DNA of 64,000 nt from Candidatus Peregrinibacteria bacterium (GTDB lineage Bacteria > Patescibacteriota > Gracilibacteria > UBA1369). Shown here one piece after another: positions 9,659 to 19,635 of this stretch. Each line of letters begins with the position of its first letter. Positions within the stretch are counted from its first letter, which is position 1. The notes under the pieces are model-generated. The model ran no database searches. It was not told the DNA's origin and saw only the letters and a list, made by a program, of their open reading frames with translations. The translations under genes and the position numbers were made by a program. The stretch is taken from the NCBI GenBank assembly GCA_963708185.1, contig OY970195.1:800001-864000 (forward strand). The letters run 5' to 3'.

Positions 9659-11137
9659 TTATTTCTCGAATTTGTAAGTCACCCCTTCATCAAGATTGAA
9701 GATATCCGAATCGCCGGAGACGGCTTTGCGCATGATGACGTCGGTGAAGCTTTCTTCTTCGGTGGAAGCGCGGGTGGATTTCCCTGAAGTTTGTTTTGTT
9801 GATTTCTGGACTTCGGCTTTGGGATCAGGTTTCTTGGTCTGTTTTTCGACGGGTTTCTTTTCAGGTTTTGGCGAAGTTTTTTCGATCTGCATGGCGTTCA
9901 GTTTGGGGACAAACATTTTTTCGATCATGGATTTTTCATCGACGGCGGTGGTTTCCTGCGTTTCCGTCTGTTCCCTTCCCGTTGTCTTGAGGCGTTGCTG
10001 CTGATAGGCCCGGATTTTTTCGACAACCATCTGTTCGACTCCCGGAAGATCATCACTCTTGATTTTAAAACCCGCCGCCTGGACGTGCCCGCCACCGCCG
10101 AACATTTCGGCAATGACGCTGGCGTCGATTGACGGGTTGAGCGTACGAAGGCTGCCCCCGATGTAGCCGTCGTTGCGGTGCTTGAGAATGAGGACGATTT
10201 CCGTTCCCGGAGCGTTGGTCATGAGTTCGTCGATAATGCCGCCGGTTTCATCGTCGCGCGCGCCGGTTTCCGAAAAATCCTTTCTGCTGATGATCGCCCA
10301 GACGAAATGGTTCGCCGAATCGACTTTGATGTTGCTGAGGATGCGGCCCCACAGACGGAGCATGGAAAGCCGTTTGGTCTTGAAGACATGTTGGATGATT
10401 TCCTGCTGACGCGCGCCGTATTTGACGAGATGCGCCGCCGCGGCGAACGATTTCGGCGTGGTGTTGGCGTTCTGGAAACTTCCGGTATCGGTAATGATTC
10501 CGGCAAGAAGCAGCGTCGCGACGTCCTCGTCCATGAGGTTCTTACCGGTGCGGCGTTCAAGATCCTCGACCAGCGGGATGAGAATTTCCGTGGTTGCCGA
10601 TGCCATAATGTCGACGTAGTTGATTTTTCCAAACTGGCCGTTGGAAGCGTGATGGTCGATGTTGATGAGCGGAATCTGGGTAAACAGTTCGGTGTTATCC
10701 TCATAAAATCTTCCCAGCTGAGAAAGGTCTCCGGTGTCGACGGTAATAATAAGGTCGTATTTGCTGGGGCCGTGGCTGAACGACACTTCTTCCGCAGAGA
10801 ATTGGCCTTTTTTGGCAGTGACGATGATATTGACTTTGTTGGGTTCGATTTTGGCGCGAAGTGCGTCGATTTTGTTCTTTTCACAATCCAGGGTCACGAT
10901 AAAATCGTTGCCGGGAGCGAATTCATGGTTGATGACGTTTGTCGTCGGCAAAAACTCGAAAGCATCGGGGACCGGTTCGGCACTGACCACGGTGACGTCC
11001 TTCTCCAGTTTTTTTAACGTCAGATAAAGCGCCAACGCGCTGCCCAAAGAGTCTCCGTCCGCCGGGGCCGAAGGCATGACCAGAATATGTTCGCTTCGGA
11101 GAATGACATCGATGATTTGTTGGCGGATTTTTTCCAT
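9659..11137 (-). CDS. nrnA: DHH/DHHA1 oligoribonuclease/pAp phosphatase (NrnA-like) with charged C-terminal tail
   Basis: DGDSLGS, INIDHHASN, GIITDTGSF, FGGGGHVQAAG. Confidence 0.9.
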   Translation of the reverse strand: MEKIRQQIIDVILRSEHILVMPSAPADGDSLGSALALYLTLKKLEKDVTVVSAEPVPDAFEFLPTTNVINHEFAPGNDFIVTLDCEKNKIDALRAKIEPNKVNIIVTAKKGQFSAEEVSFSHGPSKYDLIITVDTGDLSQLGRFYEDNTELFTQIPLINIDHHASNGQFGKINYVDIMASATTEILIPLVEDLERRTGKNLMDEDVATLLLAGIITDTGSFQNANTTPKSFAAAAHLVKYGARQQEIIQHVFKTKRLSMLRLWGRILSNIKVDSANHFVWAIISRKDFSETGARDDETGGIIDELMTNAPGTEIVLILKHRNDGYIGGSLRTLNPSIDASVIAEMFGGGGHVQAAGFKIKSDDLPGVEQMVVEKIRAYQQQRLKTTGREQTETQETTAVDEKSMIEKMFVPKLNAMQIEKTSPKPEKKPVEKQTKKPDPKAEVQKSTKQTSGKSTRASTEEESFTDVIMRKAVSGDSDIFNLDEGVTYKFEK

Positions 11138-11337
11138 GGAATCGGGGAAGGATTGAAAAATACAGATTCAGAAATATCTGTAAATTATACGATATTTTTA
11201 CTATTCAGTCAATTTACAGCAAACAATCGAACAGAAGGCACAACTTTATCAAAGGGCCGTTGCATCCGCAAGGTAAAATCCATAAACTCCTTCCCTGAAA
11301 CTCTTGCCCCTCCATGGGGCTTAAAGTAAGGTAGCCT

Positions 11338-12405
11338 ATGCACATCATTCATCATCTTCACGTGCCAACTTCACGACCAACCGTGCATCCTCAACGAGCG
11401 ACCGCTGCTTCGATACGTGAAGCCGCCGAGTTTCTTGCCCGCGGAAAAATCGTGGCTTTCCCGACGGAAACCGTTTACGGCCTTGGCGCCAACGCTTTGG
11501 ACGCACGGGCCGTTGCGAAAATTTTCAAGGCGAAGGGCAGGCCATCGGACAATCCCCTCATCGTGCACATCGCTACGATGAAGGAACTTCACATGGTCGC
11601 GAAGGATGTTCCAGCCGTGGCCGAAAAGCTCATGAAAAGATTCTGGCCCGGACCGCTGACTTTCGTGTTGCACAAAAAGAGCGGCGTTCCTTCCATCGTC
11701 ACCGCTGGAGGAAATACCGTTGCCGTACGAATGCCGGGACACAAGGTCGCACTCGCTCTCATCAAAGCCGCCGGCTGCCCTGTCGCGGCGCCTTCGGCGA
11801 ACCTTGCCGGCAAACCGAGCCCGACAACGGCGGCTCACGTCGCCGACGACCTGGGGAAAAACGCGGACATGATTCTCGACGGCGGACGGACGCGCCACGG
11901 TCTGGAATCCACGGTGGTGGATCTCACCGGGCGACGCGTCGAGATCTTGCGGAGCGGTGCCGTCACCGCGGAGATGCTTGAAAAAGTTCTCGGGTATCGA
12001 CCGAAGACCGTTTCTTCCAGCAACGAAAAAGTCCGTTCTCCCGGCATGAAATACCGGCATTACGCCCCGAGCGTCCCGCTTTTTTTGATCGGTTCGACGA
12101 ACGGAAAAAAAATGATGCTTCTGTTGCAGAAAAAAATTCTCGGTTTTGAAAAGAAAAAAAAACGGGTCGGGATTCTGTGCGTCAAAGAACATAAATCCGC
12201 CTACTCTTCCTATTCCTGCGTAAAAAAAATCGTGGTGTGCGGTTCAATGAAAGCTCCCAGAACTTTTGCCAAACATCTCTACGGTTCCCTGAGATCATTC
12301 GATAAAACCAACGTCGACGTCATTCTCGCGGAAAACGTCGGTTCGCGAGGAATCGGTACCGCCGTCTTCGACCGGCTTCGGCGGGCCTCCAGCAAAGTCC
12401 TTTAA
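11338..12405 (+). CDS. sua5: L-threonylcarbamoyladenylate synthase, two-domain Sua5 type
   Basis: AFPTETVYGLGA, KGRPSDNPLIVH, WPGPLT, AAPSAN, SPGMKYRHYAP, DRLRRAS. Confidence 0.96.
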   Translation: MHIIHHLHVPTSRPTVHPQRATAASIREAAEFLARGKIVAFPTETVYGLGANALDARAVAKIFKAKGRPSDNPLIVHIATMKELHMVAKDVPAVAEKLMKRFWPGPLTFVLHKKSGVPSIVTAGGNTVAVRMPGHKVALALIKAAGCPVAAPSANLAGKPSPTTAAHVADDLGKNADMILDGGRTRHGLESTVVDLTGRRVEILRSGAVTAEMLEKVLGYRPKTVSSSNEKVRSPGMKYRHYAPSVPLFLIGSTNGKKMMLLLQKKILGFEKKKKRVGILCVKEHKSAYSSYSCVKKIVVCGSMKAPRTFAKHLYGSLRSFDKTNVDVILAENVGSRGIGTAVFDRLRRASSKVL

Positions 12406-14093
12406 CTTTGCGACGGATTGAAATCGATCGCCCGGAACTGGATCTGGTGGCGCCCCTTCCACTCATTTCTGTCGAGATAACATGCGATATCCACACTCGG
12501 GCTTTGCGCTATCTGGTCAGCAAATTCACCCATCCTGTAAGCGATGGTCGAGAATTTCTTAAATCCGGTCTGTGCCTGGAAAGAGATGTGGTTGTTTTCC
12601 TTGCCCACTCTTCTCAGAAAATTATGTTTGGCATTCCTGACCAGGAACAACGGCTGTTCGTTCCCCACTCCGAACGGCTCCATCTGATCCATGAATTTCA
12701 TGAGGCTTTCATTGATCTCTTCGGGTTTGATTTCGCAGTCAATGTTTAACGTGGGGACCTTTTCGGTTTCAACGACGTTTTTATCGGCATACGCTTCCAT
12801 GTTTCTGGCAAAATCCTCGAGGCGGTCCTTGCGGATGTTGAATCCCGCTGCCTGGGCGTGGCCGCCGAAATGCTCAAGATAATCGCGGTTGGCCGTGAGC
12901 GCGTCGACGACATTGAAACTTTCGGGGCTGCGCGCGGAAGCCACGAGATAATCACCGAAATCCTGGAGAATCATCGCGGGTACGCCGTATTTTTCCGAGA
13001 TTTTTCCGGCGATGAGTCCCAAAATTCCCACGTGCCAGTCAGGGCTCCAGGCCACGAAAATTTTGTTGGAGCGGCGGTCGCTGTATTGTTCTTCCGCTTC
13101 CTTCATGGCTTTGAGCACCATTTGCTGGCGTTCATGATTCAGTTTTTCCAGATGTTGGGCAAGCAGTTTTCCTTTCTCCTCGTCATCGCTGAGCAAAAGT
13201 TGGAGGGCGTAGTACGGATGGTCGATGCGACCCGCCGCATTGATGCGCGGGCCGATTTTGAAGCCGATGGTTCCGATGTTCAGTTTTTCGTCCGGCTGGA
13301 TTCCCGCAAGTTCCTTGAGATAACGAAGCCCGCTCCAACGGGTGTTTTTCAGCGCTTCCAGTCCGTATTTGACGATGATGCGGTTTTCGTCACGGATCGG
13401 GCCGATATCGGCGACCGTTCCCATGCTCGCGAGGTCGAGAAGGGCATAGAGGTACTCGTCGCGTTCATCGCTGCCGAAGTGGTCGGTGATGAGTGCCGAA
13501 GCCAGTTTGTACGCCACTCCCGCGCCGGTCAGTCCCTTGAACGGATATTCATCGCCGGGCTGGAGGGAATGCAAAATGGCGTAAGCCTTGTCCGGTATTT
13601 CTTCTGGAATGGTGTGGTGGTCGGTGATGATGACGTCGATGCCGTAATTGTGGGCCAGTGCGATCTGGCTTTTGCAGGAAATTCCGCAATCCACGGTGAT
13701 GACAACATTCACTCCGAGTTTGATGAACTCCTCGATAAAAGCGTTGCTTAAACCATAACCGTCTTTGACTCGATGCGGCAGGCGGTATGAAACCTTCCCT
13801 CCCATGACATTGATGGTGTGATAAATAATAGCCGTCCCGCTGATGCCGTCGACGTCGTAGTCACCGAAGACCATGATCTTCTCGTTGCGCTGGACGGCTT
13901 TCTTGATGCGGTCCACAGCTTTATCCATATCCTTCATCAAAAACGGGTTGTGGAACCCTTTTTTGTAGTTCGGATAAAGATAGGATTGAATCTCGTTCTG
14001 GTCTTTCAGCCCCCTGTTGACGAGGAGTTTTTCCGTGATGTCGAGATGAGGATCCTGATTTTTAATCTGCCAACTTTTCTTGAGAACTGACAC
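12402..14093 (-). CDS. recJ: Single-stranded DNA exonuclease RecJ
   Basis: FGDYDVDG, TVDCGI, ITDHH, GTVAD, PRINAAGR, FGGHAQAAG, EPFGVGNEQP; GTG at 14093 is the likely start. Confidence 0.96.
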   Translation of the reverse strand: MSVLKKSWQIKNQDPHLDITEKLLVNRGLKDQNEIQSYLYPNYKKGFHNPFLMKDMDKAVDRIKKAVQRNEKIMVFGDYDVDGISGTAIIYHTINVMGGKVSYRLPHRVKDGYGLSNAFIEEFIKLGVNVVITVDCGISCKSQIALAHNYGIDVIITDHHTIPEEIPDKAYAILHSLQPGDEYPFKGLTGAGVAYKLASALITDHFGSDERDEYLYALLDLASMGTVADIGPIRDENRIIVKYGLEALKNTRWSGLRYLKELAGIQPDEKLNIGTIGFKIGPRINAAGRIDHPYYALQLLLSDDEEKGKLLAQHLEKLNHERQQMVLKAMKEAEEQYSDRRSNKIFVAWSPDWHVGILGLIAGKISEKYGVPAMILQDFGDYLVASARSPESFNVVDALTANRDYLEHFGGHAQAAGFNIRKDRLEDFARNMEAYADKNVVETEKVPTLNIDCEIKPEEINESLMKFMDQMEPFGVGNEQPLFLVRNAKHNFLRRVGKENNHISFQAQTGFKKFSTIAYRMGEFADQIAQSPSVDIACYLDRNEWKGRHQIQFRAIDFNPSQS

Positions 14094-15038
14094 GGGATAA
14101 AGATTGAGATAATAGATACGATTCAAGCTCTTCGCCCTTGACCCAGTGAACGTCTTCATACCTCCTAAACCAGGTTAACTGTCTCTTGGCGTAATTGCGA
14201 GTGTTTTTTTTGATTTCCTCGACGGCTTCCTGCAACGTACAATTTCCCTTTATAGAGGAGATGATTTCCTGGTAACCGATCGAGGTCATCGCGGGGATCC
14301 TTTCGTCATAGCCGCGCATAAGCAGCGTTTTGACTTCGTTGACAAGTCCTTTACTGATCAGTTCGTCGACGCGCGAGTTGATCCTTTCGTATAAAATATC
14401 ACGGGGCCAGTCGATTCCGACAGAAAAAACTTCGTAGATCGGTTCGGCTTTTTGATCCACTTTCGGGGTATTGCCCGCAATATTGATTTCAAGCGCACGA
14501 ATCACATACCGAACATTGTTCGGATGGATACGTGCGGCTGCTGCCGGATCTTTTTCCTGGAGAATGCGATACAGCTCGGCGGCACCGTATTTTCCATAAA
14601 ACTGCTGGAGTTGATAACGTAAATCGTGCTGCGGCGGGATGCGAGGGATCTGGTAGTTCTGCAGTACCGTATTAAGGTACAGTCCGGTTCCTCCGGCTAA
14701 TATCGGCACGTGCCTGCGGCGGAGTATTTCCTCGATCGATTTGAGGGCCAGTCTTTTAAAATCGGCAACCGTGAACTCCTGGTCGGGCCGAGTTCGTCGA
14801 TGAGATGATGAGGGATGCCGTCCTGCTGAGCCTGGGTCACTTTATCGGTCCCGATATCCATATATTTGTAGATCTGTCGGGAATCCGCGGATATGATTTC
14901 CCCGTTGAAAAGTTTTGCGATGCGCAAGCTCATGGCGGTTTTCCCGACTGCCGTGGCACCTAAAACGACCACCAGCGGTTTTTTTCTTTCCGCCGTCGTC
15001 CGGTCCAGAAACTCCGATAATTGTTGAAATATTTCCAT
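14062..15038 (-). CDS. miaA: tRNA dimethylallyltransferase MiaA, split by an apparent 1-nt deletion at ~14789
   Basis: [24 protein letters not shown] and PHHLID in the first ORF; GGTGLY, IHPNN, SIGYQE and [12 protein letters not shown] in the second; one base restores [14 protein letters not shown]. Confidence 0.93.
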
Positions 15039-15191
15039 AAAGGCTTCAAGGATGTACAGTCCTCTTGCGTGTCAACCTAGTAAAGGAGTGTAAACTTGTC
15101 TCTGAGTGAAGGCAATGTTAAATTTTCTCTGTAATACTTTCTCAAATTTACGGTTCTTCTTCCTATAATAATACTATTTTTCATCACTCAC

Positions 15192-15773
15192 ATGAAAAAA
15201 ATCACATCTTATTTCATTGGTTTTTCAGTCTTCACCATGGTACTCGGCGGTTGCGCGCAGGAATCAAACCCCGGGAACCCTTCCAGCTTAAGCCAGGAAA
15301 ACGGTTCAACCACCCAGGCGGTTCAGACGCTCGGTCCTTTGAGTTACAACACAGGAAGTCCCGATGTTCTCGTCAACATCGACTTCAAACGTGCTTCCGA
15401 TTTCTGGACTCCGGACGATCTTCTGGCGAATGCCCAGGAATGCGGGGATGCCAAGGATCTCCAATACTATTCAGATCTTCTCGCCAAGTTTCAAAACCAG
15501 ACGATACAGGTCTATAACTTCAAACCCAAAGACGCCCCTCAAGAAGCTTACCAGGTGTTGCTTGTTCCAAACGCCGGCGGGTACACCAATATCGAGAACT
15601 TCAAAAAAGATTTCGACATGTGCGCGGCCGGGGGAATATACCCCGATAAGGTAAGTTCCAATTGGCTGGTTTTCCAGGGTGCCTGCGGCGGTATTGGCGA
15701 AGACAACCCACCTCCGGTCACCTGTAACGATATTCAGACCGCTGTTTCGAACAGCCTCACCATCAATCAGTAA
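15192..15773 (+). CDS. Lipoprotein with four internal Cys, hypothetical
   Basis: Lipobox LGG-C; TATAAT upstream. Confidence 0.75.
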   Translation: MKKITSYFIGFSVFTMVLGGCAQESNPGNPSSLSQENGSTTQAVQTLGPLSYNTGSPDVLVNIDFKRASDFWTPDDLLANAQECGDAKDLQYYSDLLAKFQNQTIQVYNFKPKDAPQEAYQVLLVPNAGGYTNIENFKKDFDMCAAGGIYPDKVSSNWLVFQGACGGIGEDNPPPVTCNDIQTAVSNSLTINQ

Positions 15774-15824
15774 AAATTTTTGCACCCGATTTCGTTCATT
15801 GATCCGCCGGACAGCCAAATGCTG

Positions 15825-15853
15825 TTGACTGCCCGGCGGATTTTCGGTAGATT
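15825..15853 (+). promoter_or_regulatory. Promoter of rplJL
   Basis: TTGACT-17 bp-TAGATT; the implied start (~15860) coincides with the leader helix. Confidence 0.65.
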
Positions 15854-15860
15854 TCTCACG

Positions 15861-15998
15861 TCATAGACAGCAGGTATTTCCGGGGGGAGTAACGGGCCCG
15901 GACTGTAAAACCCGCCGAGACGCAACAACCTGTATCAGAAAGCCTTTGCGGCTTTCAACGTTTTGTTCGCTCAACTGTCTATGAACGTTGAGTTTTTT
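15861..15998 (+). ncRNA. Ribosomal protein L10 leader (autoregulatory cis-element)
   Basis: Located 5' of rplJ; tcatagacag pairs with ctgtctatga; AGACAGCAGG...AAAACCCGCCGAG core resembles the L10 leader. Confidence 0.8.
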
Positions 15999-16016
15999 AT
16001 TTTTTAACCACCCACC

Positions 16017-16601
16017 ATGGCAGTTACAAAGGCTCAAAAGGAGGAAATCCTAAAGCGGCTTGAGGACCACTTTGCCAAGGCGAAAGCTGTTTATTTTGCA
16101 CAGAACAAGGGACTTGCGGTCAAAAAAGTCACCGATCTGCGCAAAAAACTTCATAAGGAGGGCATCGACTTCGTCGTTGCAAAAAAAACCCTCATGAAGA
16201 TCGCGGCCAAAAAGAACAATCTCCCCGAAATCAGCGGAGAGGTAATGGAAGGCCCGATTGCAGCAGCTTTCGGCTACAGCGACGTTGTCGTTCCCGCAAA
16301 GCTCCTTTATGAATTCTCCAAGGAGAACGAAAATCTCCAACTGCTCGGCGCACTTGTCGAAGGGAAACTCATCGGCAAAGCCGAAGCAAAGGAGCTGGCA
16401 ACGCTCCCATCGCGCGAGGAACTCCTGGCAAAACTGGTCGGCAGTATGAAAGCTCCGATTTCAGGTTTCCACGGCGTACTTGCCGGCACCCTCCGCAAGC
16501 TTGTCTACGCCCTCAAGGCGATTCAGGACAAAAAACCCGCAGAGGCGCCTGCAGCTCCGGCCGCTCCGTCAGCCGAAGCCCCGGCCACACCCGCCGCATA
16601 A
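16017..16601 (+). CDS. rplJ: 50S ribosomal protein L10
   Basis: KGLAVKKVTDLRK, VAKKTL, LATLPSREELLAKL. Confidence 0.97.
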   Translation: MAVTKAQKEEILKRLEDHFAKAKAVYFAQNKGLAVKKVTDLRKKLHKEGIDFVVAKKTLMKIAAKKNNLPEISGEVMEGPIAAAFGYSDVVVPAKLLYEFSKENENLQLLGALVEGKLIGKAEAKELATLPSREELLAKLVGSMKAPISGFHGVLAGTLRKLVYALKAIQDKKPAEAPAAPAAPSAEAPATPAA

Positions 16602-16661
16602 TTCGGACGGCGCATTGTTTCAAAAACATTTTTATCTCATTATTCTTAACTCATTACATTT

Positions 16662-17060
16662 ATGTCAGACGTTCAACTCAGCAAGGATTCACAGTCAATC
16701 CTTGATATGGTCGAAAAACTCTCTGTTCTCGACCTCGCAAATCTGGTCAAAGCCATGGAAGAAAAATTCGGCGTTAGCGCCGCTGCTCCCGTCATGATGG
16801 CCGCAGGTGGTGCCGCTGCCGGCGGCGCAGCTGCTGCTGCTGACGAATCCGCTACGGTAAGCGTTATTCTCGCCGACGGTGGCGCACAGAAAATCAATGT
16901 CATCAAGGCCGTTCGCGAAGCTACGGGCCTCGGACTCAAAGAAGCCAAGGATCTCGTTGACGGTGCTCCAAAGCCGGTCAAAGAGAATATTCCCCGCGAC
17001 GAAGCCGACAAACTCAAGAAAGCTCTTGAAGCTGCCGGTGCAAAGGTTGAAATCAAGTAA
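16662..17060 (+). CDS. rplL: 50S ribosomal protein L7/L12
   Basis: [37 protein letters not shown]. Confidence 0.98.
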   Translation: MSDVQLSKDSQSILDMVEKLSVLDLANLVKAMEEKFGVSAAAPVMMAAGGAAAGGAAAAADESATVSVILADGGAQKINVIKAVREATGLGLKEAKDLVDGAPKPVKENIPRDEADKLKKALEAAGAKVEIK

Positions 17061-17082
17061 TACCTTCCATCGACTTTTCATC

Positions 17083-17113
17083 AAAAGACCCCTGAAATAC
17101 CGGGGTCTTTTTT
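17083..17113 (+). terminator. Rho-independent terminator of rplJL
   Basis: aaaagacccc...ggggtctttttt. Confidence 0.85.
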
Positions 17114-17189
17114 GTTGAAGGCCTGAAGTCTTTACTAAAATGCAAAAATTTGGTAAAATAATGAGATATTAAAAATAAAAACAAACACT

Positions 17190-18890
17190 ATGCCAGAACC
17201 AATAAAACTGGACGATCCGGGAAATACTCCCGCTTCACCATCCACCAATATCACCATTGGTGCTTCTTCGGGTAATGACGCCCCCGCCAAAAACGGCGGA
17301 AGTATGGGCAATATCTTTACCCAAAAAAAGGACAAAAAGGAGGATTCCAAAATGATCACCTCGATCATTTCCCAAAAGGACGTGGCAAAGAAAACCAAGT
17401 CCATTTTGGGTCCCGCTCCCGCTCTCGAGAAGAGCATTGAACAGGAAAAAGAGGCCTCCATGAAACGGAAACTTAGACTGTACCAGTTTGTATTCCTGAT
17501 TATTTTTGTTGCCAGCGTGGCGATGGCTTTTTATTTTTATTCGGAACTTTCACCTGATTTTACATTATTCGGCAGCAACACGACCCAGCGTCTGGCAGAT
17601 ACGAACACGAACCTCAAACAGGTCCAGACCCTCGTCAACAAGGACCGATATCTTACCGCGCAATTACAGCTCAACGAATTCAGCTATCAGGCAGACAGGT
17701 TTTTCAGCAGCGTTGCGAAAGTCAACGATCCGACGGTGAGTTCACTGGACAAGGGAACGGCCCTCGCTGATCTTGGCGAGTCACAGACCGCTTTGCCGGT
17801 TTTGCTGGGCAGCATCCGTGACATCCTCTCCAATGATATCGTTATCCCGACTTACCGTTCCGACAAAGAACCTGAACAGACCGATAATGAGATCCTCCTC
17901 GCGGCACAGACAGACCTTCGCAGCGCGCTTACCGATGAAAAGAAAAAATACGGACAGAACCCTACGGATCCTCAGGACATTCTGGACGTCAAACTCATCG
18001 ATAACGCTTCAAAGCTTGTCGGCAACAAGACGCTTTTGAATGCTCTCCAGAGCACTTCGACCGATGCTTTCCAGAAACAGCTCGCGGATTACGTCCAGTC
18101 TCCCGATCCGCAAAAACTTACGGCTCTCCAGACGGTCATCGGCAAAGTTCTTTCCTCGACGAAGAGCGATCTTGCCACCATCGCTGACATCAAACGTAGC
18201 CGCATCCAATGGTCGACGGTCATCACCCAGATCAAAGATGAGACCATCAATGTTGATAAAAATTTCGGGCAGCCGTTCCTCTACGACACTCTCGGAGGCA
18301 TCATCTATACCGGATATGAGTTTGACTCCGCGGCCAACAAGATCGTCCTTTCCGGCACTACCAAAACACGTGACGGATCCAATTTTACGTTGATAAGCAA
18401 CCTCATCGACCAGCTCGAGAACTCCCAGTACTTCCAGGACGTCAACATGCGTTCATTCTCAAAGAGCAAATCCGGAATTCCCGGCGATGAGTCGTTCACT
18501 GCAAATTTCAAAATTGATCTGAGCCTCGAAACTTCGGGGTTTTCGGATAAAAATGCACCGGTGAATCTCCAGAGCACCATCCCTCAAGCGACCGCCAGCG
18601 GAACGAAACGGACAACCGCAAGCTCCCAGGAAGCAACGGCCCAGAGCGCTGTTCCGGCTGGTACAACCCAGGCGGTGACATCATCTTCCGCAGCGGCTCC
18701 AGCCCCAGCTCCTGTTCCGGCAAATCCTGCGGGTGAAACCTTAACTTCTACGCAGGAAGCCAGTGCGACCGCATCTGCAACACAGGAAAATTCATCTTCA
18801 ACGTCTACGGAAACTCCGAGCGGAGCAACGGGAGCCGGCGCGATTCCAACTTCATTGAGTTCGCTCTTTTCGTCACCAAGCTCACCATAA
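17190..18890 (+). CDS. pilN: PilN-like pilus alignment protein with long helical insertion and Ser/Thr/Ala tail
   Basis: Single TM; C-terminal IVLSGTT...LISNLIDQLENSQYFQDV...FKIDL pattern; lies before pilO-pilB-pilC. Confidence 0.65.
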   Translation: MPEPIKLDDPGNTPASPSTNITIGASSGNDAPAKNGGSMGNIFTQKKDKKEDSKMITSIISQKDVAKKTKSILGPAPALEKSIEQEKEASMKRKLRLYQFVFLIIFVASVAMAFYFYSELSPDFTLFGSNTTQRLADTNTNLKQVQTLVNKDRYLTAQLQLNEFSYQADRFFSSVAKVNDPTVSSLDKGTALADLGESQTALPVLLGSIRDILSNDIVIPTYRSDKEPEQTDNEILLAAQTDLRSALTDEKKKYGQNPTDPQDILDVKLIDNASKLVGNKTLLNALQSTSTDAFQKQLADYVQSPDPQKLTALQTVIGKVLSSTKSDLATIADIKRSRIQWSTVITQIKDETINVDKNFGQPFLYDTLGGIIYTGYEFDSAANKIVLSGTTKTRDGSNFTLISNLIDQLENSQYFQDVNMRSFSKSKSGIPGDESFTANFKIDLSLETSGFSDKNAPVNLQSTIPQATASGTKRTTASSQEATAQSAVPAGTTQAVTSSSAAAPAPAPVPANPAGETLTSTQEASATASATQENSSSTSTETPSGATGAGAIPTSLSSLFSSPSSP

Positions 18891-18931
18891 GCTTGTAAAT
18901 TTTCCTTTGTCTATTCAATCAATTCACCACT

Positions 18932-19630
18932 ATGGCAACAGCAGCACTCCAAAAACGCAATTATGATAAGAGCATCCGTACCTATATGATGCTCATCATC
19001 ATCACGCTGGTTTTAGCGGCCTACTATGGATATACCCAATTCACCAAACTTTCGGGTGTCCAGGATGCGCTGGCAAAGGAGCAGTCCCAGATCACGGACC
19101 TCCAGAATACGGAATCCCAAACCAATACGGACTACGTGAATCTCAAGCAGGACTTCGACCAGAAATATTCCGGAGTTCTCGATTCTCTCCAGGCCGTCTA
19201 TCCCCTGGAACAGGATTATACCAGTCTGACCCGTCTTTTCGACCAGTTTTTCCAGACCAACAACACCACCTACAATCCGGTTTTTGTCAGCGACATCAAA
19301 TATGGACAACCCCGTTACGACGCGAAGGTCGACTATGCCGTTCTCCCGGTAACGATGACGATTTCCGGCACGCAGGATAATTTCGATAAATTCCTCAAAT
19401 TCGTTGAAAACTCAGGCGTTCTCGAAGACAAGACCCGTTTATTGGACATCAAGTCGATCAACATCAACTTCACTTCTCAATCGAGCCAGAACACCGCACC
19501 GGGACAGATTGCCGCCAACCAGCAGATGATCAACGTTTCGGTGGTTTTGAACGCTTACTTCCAGAAACCTTTCCAGCAGGCGACGGCCAAAAAGACCGCC
19601 TCTATTAATACAACTGTTGTCACTTCCTAA
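18932..19630 (+). CDS. pilO: PilO-like pilus alignment protein
   Basis: TM, coiled coil, then LPVTMTISGTQDNFDKFLKFVEN...RLLDIKSINI...LNAYF. Confidence 0.8.
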   Translation: MATAALQKRNYDKSIRTYMMLIIITLVLAAYYGYTQFTKLSGVQDALAKEQSQITDLQNTESQTNTDYVNLKQDFDQKYSGVLDSLQAVYPLEQDYTSLTRLFDQFFQTNNTTYNPVFVSDIKYGQPRYDAKVDYAVLPVTMTISGTQDNFDKFLKFVENSGVLEDKTRLLDIKSININFTSQSSQNTAPGQIAANQQMINVSVVLNAYFQKPFQQATAKKTASINTTVVTS

Positions 19631-19635
19631 GTCCC

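Noticed and set aside
14062-15038. miaA and GDPD as true pseudogenes
   Set aside because: Each has a single lesion in the same sequence context with all motifs intact, so an artefact is more likely
15880-15920. ggactgtaaa resembles a tRNA-Tyr anticodon arm
   Set aside because: No T-arm (GTTCGA) or acceptor stem; the segment is explained by the L10 leader
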